Positions 1 through 6,890 of a stretch of DNA of 32,000 nt are shown here, one piece after another. Source of the stretch: Ruminococcus albus 7 = DSM 20455 (GTDB lineage: Bacteria; Bacillota; Clostridia; Oscillospirales; Ruminococcaceae); assembly GCF_000179635.2 (NCBI RefSeq), contig NC_014833.1, positions 270,001 through 302,000 on the forward strand. Direction: 5' to 3'. The translations under genes and the position numbers were made by a program. Below the pieces are notes generated by a model. The model was not told the origin of the DNA. It saw only the letters and a program-made list of their open reading frames with translations, and did not search any database. Each line of letters begins with the position of its first letter. The stretch's first letter is position 1.

Positions 1-1
1 G

Positions 2-526
2 TTCCTGGGTCCTCCGTTATTCAGGTCGATGAAGGATTTCTGCGGTCTGGATGATGAACGTGCATGGGAAGCGGTGAGGATATACCGTGAGAAATATCCT
101 GTGGACGGACTGCTTGAATCGGAAAGATTCGACGGAGTTGAAGATCTGCTTGGAACACTGAAGGACATCGGATATGTTCTCGGAGTGGCTACAAGCAAAC
201 CTGAGCCGTTTGCAAGAAATCTGCTGGAACACTTTGATATGGCAAAGTATTTCACGTTTATCGGAGGCTCCGGTGTGGATGGCGCAAGGGACACCAAGCG
301 TGAGGTGATAGAGTATGTGCTGGAAGCACTGAATGTCACTGACAGGAGCAGGGTGCTGATGATAGGCGACAGACAGCATGATATCATAGGAGCGAATGAA
401 TGCGGACTTGAAAGCCTGTACGTGCTCTGGGGATACGGCAGCAGAGAAGAAGCGAAGGAATGCGGTGCGCCCGCGATAGCGGAAACACCTGCGGACTGCC
501 GCAAATATATAATGTCACAAATTTAA
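2..526 (+). CDS. HAD-superfamily hydrolase (phosphoglycolate phosphatase / nucleotidase-like), 5'-truncated by the window edge
   Basis: The frame of the 29..526 ORF stays open back to nt 2 (FLGPPLFRSM...). HAD motifs are visible: GVATSKP (motif II) and MIGDRQHDI (motif IV). The DxD motif I would lie upstream of the window. The stop is 31 nt before purC. Confidence 0.8.
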   Translation, partial: FLGPPLFRSMKDFCGLDDERAWEAVRIYREKYPVDGLLESERFDGVEDLLGTLKDIGYVLGVATSKPEPFARNLLEHFDMAKYFTFIGGSGVDGARDTKREVIEYVLEALNVTDRSRVLMIGDRQHDIIGANECGLESLYVLWGYGSREEAKECGAPAIAETPADCRKYIMSQI

Positions 527-557
527 GTTAAGATAAACATTTCAGGAGGTAATCGTT

Positions 558-1277
558 ATGGCAAATGTAGTAAAGGGAGAGCAGCTCTACGAGGGTAAGG
601 CAAAGAAGGTATACGCTACCAATGATCCCGACCTGGTGATCGTTGATTACAAGGACGATGCTACCGCTTTCAATGGTGAGAAGAAGGGTACTATCGTAGG
701 TAAGGGCGTTATCAACAACAGAATGACCAACTTCATGTTCAAGAAGCTTGAAGCAGCAGGCGTTCCCACCCACCTTGTAGAAGAGCTGAGCGACAGAGAG
801 ACTCTGGTAAAGAAGGTTTCTATCGTTCCTCTGGAGGTAATAATCAGAAACGTTGCAGCAGGCAGCTTCTCCAAGAGAATGGGCGTTCCCGAGGGCAAGG
901 AGCTCCTGACACCAATACTGGAATTCAGCTACAAGAACGATGATCTGGGCGATCCTTTCATAAATGATTACTATGCACTGGCACTGGGTCTGGCTACAAA
1001 GGAAGAACTGGATACCATCGCTAAGTATGCGTTTGCTGTTAACAGCTTCATGGTAGATTTCTTCAAGGGCGTAGGCGTTGATCTTATAGACTTCAAGATC
1101 GAGTTCGGTAAGACTTCTGACGGTACTATAATCCTCGCTGACGAGATCTCTCCCGATACCTGCCGTTTCTGGGACAGCAAGACCCACGAGAAGCTTGACA
1201 AGGATCGTTTCCGCAGAGATATGGGCGGCGTTGAGGACGCATATCAGGAAATGATGAAGAGAGTCCTGGGAGAATAA
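558..1277 (+). CDS. purC: SAICAR synthase (phosphoribosylaminoimidazole-succinocarboxamide synthase)
   Basis: 239-aa ORF with AGGAGG 8 nt upstream of the ATG. Typical short-form PurC blocks are present ([28 protein letters not shown]). Confidence 0.95.
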   Translation: MANVVKGEQLYEGKAKKVYATNDPDLVIVDYKDDATAFNGEKKGTIVGKGVINNRMTNFMFKKLEAAGVPTHLVEELSDRETLVKKVSIVPLEVIIRNVAAGSFSKRMGVPEGKELLTPILEFSYKNDDLGDPFINDYYALALGLATKEELDTIAKYAFAVNSFMVDFFKGVGVDLIDFKIEFGKTSDGTIILADEISPDTCRFWDSKTHEKLDKDRFRRDMGGVEDAYQEMMKRVLGE

Positions 1278-1280
1278 TAT

Positions 1281-2702
1281 ATGGGCGGATTTTTCGGCGC
1301 AGTGTCGGCAAACGACTGTATACAGGACGTTTTCTTCGGCACAGACTATCATTCTCATCTCGGCACCAGAAGAGGCGGTATGACCGCTTATGCACCCGAG
1401 ATAGGATTTCAGAGAAATATTCACAGCATAGAAAACTCACCTTTCAGAACAAAGTTCGAGAAGGATGTTGAAGCTATGCGCGGCAAGGTCTGTATCGGCT
1501 GCATAAGCGATACTGATCCTCAGCCTATAATGGTACGTTCCAAGATGGGACTCTATGCTGTCTGTTCCATAGGCGTTATACATAACGCCAAGGAGCTGAC
1601 TCAGGAGCTTTTACAGAACGGCTGTGCGAATTTTGAAACCATGAGCAGCGGCGCTATCAACTCTGCGGGGCTGATAGGTGCACTGATAGCTCAGAAAGAC
1701 AATTTCGTTGACGGTATACGCTATGCTCAGGAGAAGATACAGGGTACCATGTCACTGGTGCTTATGACAGAGGATTCTATCATATGCGCAAGGGACAAGG
1801 CAGGCAAGCTGCCTATAATCATAGGACAGAGGTCTGACGGCTACTGCTTCTCATTTGAGGATTTTGCTTATCAGAAACTTGGCTACAAGACTTGCCATGA
1901 GCTGAAGGCAGGCGAGATACTGAAGCTTACCAAGGACGGCTTTGAGGTTCTGTCCGAGGGTACAGACGATATGAGTATATGTACGTTCCTGTGGACTTAC
2001 TACGGTTATCCCAACGCTAATTACGAGGGTGTGAACGTAGAGGGCATGAGGATACGCAACGGCATGATAATGGCTGAAAATGACATCAAGAACGGCAAGC
2101 TGCCTGATGTTGATTACGTTTGCGGAGTTCCCGATTCAGGCACTCCTCACGCTATCGGTTATGCCAACAGGAGCGGTATCCCCTTTGCAAGACCATTCAT
2201 AAAGTATACTCCCACATGGCCCAGAAGCTTTATGCCTACCAATCAGTCTATGAGGAACAGGGTAGCAAAGATGAAGCTGATACCTGTGCATGAATTCATT
2301 GAGGGTAAAAAACTGCTGTTCGTTGATGACAGTATAGTAAGAGGTACCCAGATGAGGGAAACTGTAGAGTTTCTTTATGAGAACGGCGCTAAGGAAGTAC
2401 ACATGAGGTCGGCTTGTCCTCCTATAATGTACGGCTGCAAGTACCTGAACTTCTCCAGAAGCTCATCTGAACTGGAACTAATTGCCAGACAGATCATCGA
2501 CGAGAACGAAGGCGCTGAGGGTGTAAAGTATATAAGAGAGTACAGCGACACCAATACCGAGAGGGGCAAACTTCTGAGAGATGAGATCTGCCGCAGGCTG
2601 AAGCTCACCTCACTGGAATTCCAGTCCATCGAGGGTACAGTTAAGGCTGTTGGCAAGCCTGAATGCGGTCTTTGCACATATTGCTGGGACGGCAAGGAAT
2701 GA
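1281..2702 (+). CDS. purF: Amidophosphoribosyltransferase-like protein (PurF family) with a non-canonical N-terminus (no Cys1)
   Basis: 473-aa ORF starting 3 nt after the purC stop. It has the PRPP-binding loop LLFVDDSIVRGTQM and Cys-rich C-terminal blocks (SACPPIMYGCKY, ECGLCTYCWDG) like Fe-S PurF. The N-terminus reads MGGFFGAVS where canonical PurF has MCGI/VxG. Confidence 0.85.
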   Translation: MGGFFGAVSANDCIQDVFFGTDYHSHLGTRRGGMTAYAPEIGFQRNIHSIENSPFRTKFEKDVEAMRGKVCIGCISDTDPQPIMVRSKMGLYAVCSIGVIHNAKELTQELLQNGCANFETMSSGAINSAGLIGALIAQKDNFVDGIRYAQEKIQGTMSLVLMTEDSIICARDKAGKLPIIIGQRSDGYCFSFEDFAYQKLGYKTCHELKAGEILKLTKDGFEVLSEGTDDMSICTFLWTYYGYPNANYEGVNVEGMRIRNGMIMAENDIKNGKLPDVDYVCGVPDSGTPHAIGYANRSGIPFARPFIKYTPTWPRSFMPTNQSMRNRVAKMKLIPVHEFIEGKKLLFVDDSIVRGTQMRETVEFLYENGAKEVHMRSACPPIMYGCKYLNFSRSSSELELIARQIIDENEGAEGVKYIREYSDTNTERGKLLRDEICRRLKLTSLEFQSIEGTVKAVGKPECGLCTYCWDGKE

Positions 2703-2744
2703 CATACATACCATTAGATCATACAAGACCGAAAGGAAGCATTT

Positions 2745-3785
2745 ATGAATAATAACAGCTATTCAAACAGCTACAAGGAAGCAGGCGTGGACGTTACAGC
2801 CGGCTACAAGGCAGTAGAGCTTATGAAGCAGTACGTAGGCAGAACGGTCACAAAAGGCGTAATCGACGGCATAGGCGGCTTCGGCGGACTTTTTGAGCTG
2901 GACATGACAGGCATAAACAAGCCTGTACTGGTGTCGGGCACTGACGGCGTAGGCACTAAGATCAAGATCGCTTTCCTGCTGGACAAGCATGACACTGTGG
3001 GCATAGATTGTGTTGCCATGTGTGTCAATGATATAATCTGCTGCGGTGCAAAGCCTCAGTTCTTCCTGGACTATATTGCCTGCGGAAGAAATATCCCCGA
3101 GAAGATCGCAAGCATAGTTTCGGGCGTGGCCGAGGGCTGCGTTCAGGCAGGATGCGCTCTGGTAGGCGGTGAGACTGCAGAACATCCGGGTCTTATGCCG
3201 GAGGAAGAGTACGATCTTGCAGGTTTCTCCGTGGGTGTTGTTGACAAGGACAAGATACTTGATCCCACCACACAGAAGGCAGGAGATGTGATGATCGCTA
3301 TAAAGTCAAGCGGTGTACACTCCAATGGTTTCTCACTGGTTAGAAAGGTATTCGATGTAAACGAGGAGAACCTTGCAAAGCACTATGACGAGCTGGGCAC
3401 CACACTGGGTGAGGCACTGCTGACACCTACACGCATCTACGTAAAGGCTATAATGAGCCTGCTTGATGCTGTAAAGGTAAAGAGCATATCCCACATAACA
3501 GGCGGCGGATTCTACGAGAATATCCCGAGATCACTGCCCAAGGGCATATCAGCTCAGATCAAGAGAAGCGATGTTCAGGTACTGCCTATATTCGACCTTA
3601 TCGCAAAGACAGGCAATATCCCCGAGAGAGATATGTTCAACACCTTCAACATGGGCGTTGGTATGACTGTTGTTGTTGACAAGGCTGATGCTGATGCAGC
3701 TATCGCGGCTATAAAGGCTGCAGGCGAGGACGCTTATGTTCTCGGTGAGCTGGTAGACAGCGATATGGGCGTTATCATCTGCTGA
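2745..3785 (+). CDS. purM: AIR synthase (phosphoribosylformylglycinamidine cyclo-ligase)
   Basis: 346-aa ORF with an AAAGGAAG ribosome-binding site. PurM blocks [25 protein letters not shown] and ITGGG are present. Confidence 0.95.
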   Translation: MNNNSYSNSYKEAGVDVTAGYKAVELMKQYVGRTVTKGVIDGIGGFGGLFELDMTGINKPVLVSGTDGVGTKIKIAFLLDKHDTVGIDCVAMCVNDIICCGAKPQFFLDYIACGRNIPEKIASIVSGVAEGCVQAGCALVGGETAEHPGLMPEEEYDLAGFSVGVVDKDKILDPTTQKAGDVMIAIKSSGVHSNGFSLVRKVFDVNEENLAKHYDELGTTLGEALLTPTRIYVKAIMSLLDAVKVKSISHITGGGFYENIPRSLPKGISAQIKRSDVQVLPIFDLIAKTGNIPERDMFNTFNMGVGMTVVVDKADADAAIAAIKAAGEDAYVLGELVDSDMGVIIC

Positions 3786-3800
3786 TAAAAAGTATTTTTC

Positions 3801-3836
3801 AGCCACTCGGCGCGGCTCGTGTCGGGTGGCTTTTTT
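3801..3836 (+). terminator. Rho-independent terminator after purM
   Basis: AGCCACTCG (3801-3809) pairs with CGGGTGGCT (3823-3831), giving 9 bp including one G-U, and runs into TTTTTT (3831-3836). Confidence 0.7.
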
Positions 3837-3874
3837 GAACGGTTCGGGTACGGCATCAGAGGATAAATAAGTAT

Positions 3875-4438
3875 ATGAAGTACAGGATATTCGGGAACGG
3901 AGATAAAGATACTATACTTCTGCTCCACGGCGGCGGGCTATCTCTTGGGGGACAGGTCGCTCTGGAAATGCTGGCACAGCGCGGAGATATCTGCGAAAAT
4001 GCAGTGATAGAGAGCGCGCTTGTTATACCCTCAAAGGTGACAGCGGCGCTTCTGCCGTCGTCACTGAAAATGAGTTACGGTCTGATACAAAAAGAGTGGT
4101 TCGCAAGAAAGCAGTTTGCGGCACTCAGGATACCCGAAGAATTTTTTGAGGATTATTTCCGCGACACCAAGGAGATAACTCTGAAAAATATGACAGCTTT
4201 TCTCACGGCAAATCAGCAGTATGAACTGAAAAGCTCTGTGAAAGATACTTCTGCGCGGGTGTATGTTTTTGCAGGCGGAAAAGAAATAAAGTCGGTAAAA
4301 CGATCGGCGGAGATGATAAACAAAGCCGTTAAGGGCAGCAGCATTGAGGTGCTTGACGGAATGTATCACGGAGAATTCTCAATGAAGTATGCGGAGCGGT
4401 ATGCTGATAAGATCATTGATATCTGCGGAGGAAAATGA
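3875..4438 (+). CDS. Alpha/beta-hydrolase-fold protein, apparently internally deleted (possible gene remnant)
   Basis: 187-aa ORF with an AGAGGA ribosome-binding site. The N-terminus has ILLLHGGG (oxyanion motif) running directly into GLSLGGQ (GxSxG nucleophile elbow). A C-terminal GMYHGEF could supply the catalytic His. Confidence 0.6.
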   Translation: MKYRIFGNGDKDTILLLHGGGLSLGGQVALEMLAQRGDICENAVIESALVIPSKVTAALLPSSLKMSYGLIQKEWFARKQFAALRIPEEFFEDYFRDTKEITLKNMTAFLTANQQYELKSSVKDTSARVYVFAGGKEIKSVKRSAEMINKAVKGSSIEVLDGMYHGEFSMKYAERYADKIIDICGGK

Positions 4439-4890
4439 TGTTGGACAAACTTGACGATAAGGTTATCGGATTTCTGATAAGGGCGAAGAAAGCCACTTAT
4501 GCGGGCAAGGGCGCGGAAAGCGCAAGCAGCCGTCCGAAATCCCATGATTTGAAGTACAGCGAGGATGGGCTTACTTACATAGACACTTATCTAGGCGGCG
4601 AGAGATTTGCGGGCGAGGAAGCTTTATGGCGTGACGGCGAACCATTCTGGTCGATGAATTATGTCGGCAGAGTGACAGGCGAGAATTTCAGCGGAGATTT
4701 TCTGAAAGAGGCGCTGTTAAGAGTTCCTGCGGATAAGCCATTCAGAGGACCTGCGCGTTATGAGGACGGCGGATATGTATACGAATGCGAGGTAAGCGGT
4801 GACACCTGCTGGTTTTATGGGCATGAGATAATATCATTGAATGGTGTGCAGATATATGAATGTCTGTTCCACGGCGGAAGCATAAAGTAA
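4435..4890 (+). CDS. DUF5680-like protein (family assignment from memory)
   Basis: 151-aa ORF whose ATG overlaps the upstream stop (ATGATG at 4435-4440), with GGAGGA upstream. Blocks KKATYAGKG, DTYLGGERFAGEE, WSMNYVGRV and YECLFHGG match my recollection of DUF5680. Confidence 0.55.
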   Translation: MMLDKLDDKVIGFLIRAKKATYAGKGAESASSRPKSHDLKYSEDGLTYIDTYLGGERFAGEEALWRDGEPFWSMNYVGRVTGENFSGDFLKEALLRVPADKPFRGPARYEDGGYVYECEVSGDTCWFYGHEIISLNGVQIYECLFHGGSIK

Positions 4891-4900
4891 GGAGGGCATT

Positions 4901-5392
4901 ATGCCGTTTACAAAGATAAAGAAAAGGCTTGAGACGGAGTTTCTTGCGCCCTCATTGCAGGGGCGTGTGACATACTTTGCCACCTCATACAGCAAATATC
5001 CCGACCATGAGGGGCGTGCGGCAATACGTGTTGACGGTGTTGAGGTCTTCAAGAGCGACTATTTTGAACTCATGATGCTGCATTCACAGAAATACCATGA
5101 GCAGGAAGAAAGCGGCGCGGGGCTTCACAAAAGCTGGATGCAGGCATTTGATGAAGCCGAAAAAGCTGGCGGATTTGACCATCATGCATTTTACCGCGCA
5201 TTTGATATGTTTGCTTCACAGCCGATTGAGGAGAGCCTGAAAAGCGAGTATCCGCTTGTCAGGATATTTGCGATACTCGACAGGCGGACGGGTAAGCGCA
5301 GACTTTCTGCTATGGCTGAGGAAATGGAGAGCGCACCGCCTTTTATACAGATATTTTACAAGCTGAGATGCGAAGCGGAGGGCTTATCGTGA
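4901..5392 (+). CDS. Hypothetical protein (163 aa)
   Basis: AAGGAGG lies 6 nt upstream of the ATG. The composition is protein-like. I cannot assign a family confidently. Confidence 0.6.
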   Translation: MPFTKIKKRLETEFLAPSLQGRVTYFATSYSKYPDHEGRAAIRVDGVEVFKSDYFELMMLHSQKYHEQEESGAGLHKSWMQAFDEAEKAGGFDHHAFYRAFDMFASQPIEESLKSEYPLVRIFAILDRRTGKRRLSAMAEEMESAPPFIQIFYKLRCEAEGLS

Positions 5393-5898
5393 GAGAATTC
5401 GACAACAGGAAGTCGCTGAAGACATTCTGGCACAGGCACGGACATCAGCTTGCAGGACTTATCGTGCTGGCGGGAGTATTGACAATTGGCTATATCGGTT
5501 ATCGTGAAAGTCACCCAAAGGCGGTCAGTGTTGATGATATCAACTCGGAGATGCCAACTTATAAGGAGACGCTTGGCATTGATAAACTAAAGCTGAGTTA
5601 TGATATCAAGGTCGATGGCTTTGACGGAGAGATGTTCCTGTACAGCGTTTACTTTGAAAATCCCCCCACAGATGAAGATATCAGTGCGGTGGAAGAGTGT
5701 ATGGATAAACTCCCGCAGGATGACGAAAATACATATCACGGCGATGTTATGGTCTTTGCAGATGAACCCGACAAAGTAACGGTGATGCTCGATCTCGGAA
5801 ATGCAGATGATGAACAGTATATAACCGAAATCCCGAAAGCACTGGACGGTATGAAAGGCATTAAAAAGGTAGTTTTAAACGAAGGTGCGGAATACTAA
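5389..5898 (+). CDS. Hypothetical N-terminally membrane-anchored protein
   Basis: The track ORF is 5368..5898. I prefer the GTG at 5389 because GGAGG (5377-5381) sits 7 nt upstream and GTGA overlaps the upstream stop. There is one hydrophobic helix (LAGLIVLAGVLTIGYIGY) followed by an acidic soluble domain. Confidence 0.55.
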   Translation: MREFDNRKSLKTFWHRHGHQLAGLIVLAGVLTIGYIGYRESHPKAVSVDDINSEMPTYKETLGIDKLKLSYDIKVDGFDGEMFLYSVYFENPPTDEDISAVEECMDKLPQDDENTYHGDVMVFADEPDKVTVMLDLGNADDEQYITEIPKALDGMKGIKKVVLNEGAEY

Positions 5899-5918
5899 TT
5901 GCGAAAGGAAGTATCATT

Positions 5919-6545
5919 ATGAAAAATATAGTTGTACTGGTCTCGGGCGGCGGGACTAATTTGCAGGCGCTGATAGACGCTCAGGCACGCGGAGAGATAA
6001 AGGGCGGAAAGATAAGCTGTGTAATATCCTCAAAAGAGGGCGCATATGCCCTTGAAAGAGCGGCTAAGGCAGGTATACCCTCAGTGGTGCTGCCAAGAAA
6101 GGAGTATGCTGACAAAAAGGCATACAGTCAGGCTATACTGGAAGAACTGAACAGACAGAAAGCCGACCTTGTTGTGCTGGCAGGATTCATGATAATCCTT
6201 GACGAAGTAGTTACAAAAGCCTACCCCTATAAGATAATCAACGTTCATCCCGCACTGATACCCTCTTTCTGCGGTGAGGGCTACTATGGTCTGAAAGTTC
6301 ATGAAAAGGCTCTGGAATACGGTGTTAAGATCAGCGGCGCGACTATCCACTTTGTAAATGAAGAAGCAGACGCAGGTGCGATAATCCTTCAGGGCGCTGT
6401 GGATATCGCCAACGATGAAACTCCCGAAACTCTGCAAAAGAAGATAATGGAAAACGTGGAGTGGAAGCTTCTGCCCAAGGCAGTTTCGCTGTTCTGTGAG
6501 GACAGGATAACTATCCGTGACGGCAAGGCATATATTGATCTGTAA
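5919..6545 (+). CDS. purN: GAR formyltransferase (phosphoribosylglycinamide formyltransferase)
   Basis: 208-aa ORF with PurN blocks VLVSGGGTNLQAL, NVHPALIP and GATIHFVNEEADAG. Confidence 0.93.
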   Translation: MKNIVVLVSGGGTNLQALIDAQARGEIKGGKISCVISSKEGAYALERAAKAGIPSVVLPRKEYADKKAYSQAILEELNRQKADLVVLAGFMIILDEVVTKAYPYKIINVHPALIPSFCGEGYYGLKVHEKALEYGVKISGATIHFVNEEADAGAIILQGAVDIANDETPETLQKKIMENVEWKLLPKAVSLFCEDRITIRDGKAYIDL

Positions 6546-6546
6546 T

Positions 6547-6878
6547 AAAAAGGGACTGCTTAAGGGCAGTACTCATACGGAAGTTTTATGTTATCTATTG
6601 GGGAAAACCCTTTTGAAAAAGGGTTATTCCTAAGCGTCAGCTTCGCTGATGCTGACCCCTTTCCGAAAACTTCTATTTCTTTTGGGCAGGGGGTAGCTAT
6701 GTTTGCAAACATAGCTACCCCCTGTCTTTTTCTGTCTTTATAAAAAACTACCCCCTGCCCAAAAGAGTTAAAAGTCTTTTGAAAGGGGTTCGGGGGATAA
6801 CTTTTCTTCAGAAAAGTTTCCCCCGATAAATAATATAAGCTTCTATATGGACACTGCCCTTAAGCAGTCCCCTTTTTT
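6547..6878. repeat. Nested inverted-repeat (MITE/BIME-like) element between convergent purN and purD
   Basis: An exact 19-nt inverted match joins 6552-6570 (GGGACTGCTTAAGGGCAGT) and 6853-6871, flanked by an A-run on the left and a T-run on the right. The arms can be aligned over about 130-150 nt. Internal hairpins lie at 6606-6625, 6636-6656 and 6792-6824. A perfect 38-bp palindrome spans 6687-6724. Confidence 0.8.
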
Positions 6879-6890
6879 ATGTGGATATCA

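Noticed and set aside
527-557. A possible purine riboswitch or ZTP (pfl) riboswitch ahead of purC, purH or purO.
   Set aside because: Only 31 nt separate the HAD gene from purC. The roughly 70-nt leader of the purO unit (15402-15474) lacks the conserved pfl or purine-aptamer blocks. purH has a 15-nt upstream gap.
528-1424. A 298-aa ORF on the minus strand, opposite purC and the start of purF.
   Set aside because: It is antisense to two confidently identified pur genes. It is Cys/Leu/Ser/Val-rich, has no ribosome-binding site and has no recognisable motifs. It is a typical shadow ORF.
6697-6714. The central palindrome core ATGTTTGCAAACAT read as a LacI-family, PurR or cre-like operator.
   Set aside because: The half-sites are in the wrong order relative to the E. 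coli PurR box as I recall it (GCAAAC-GTTTGC), and the sequence does not fit the cre consensus. It lies between two 3' gene ends, with no promoter to regulate.
6588-6743. A 51-codon ORF (MLSIGENPFEKGLF...CLFLSL) inside the palindromic element.
   Set aside because: Its Shine-Dalgarno sequence is weak (GGAAG with a 4-nt spacer). Its reading frame simply runs through the hairpin arms, and the equivalent frame on the other arm is closed. It is more likely non-coding, though Ribo-seq could revisit this.
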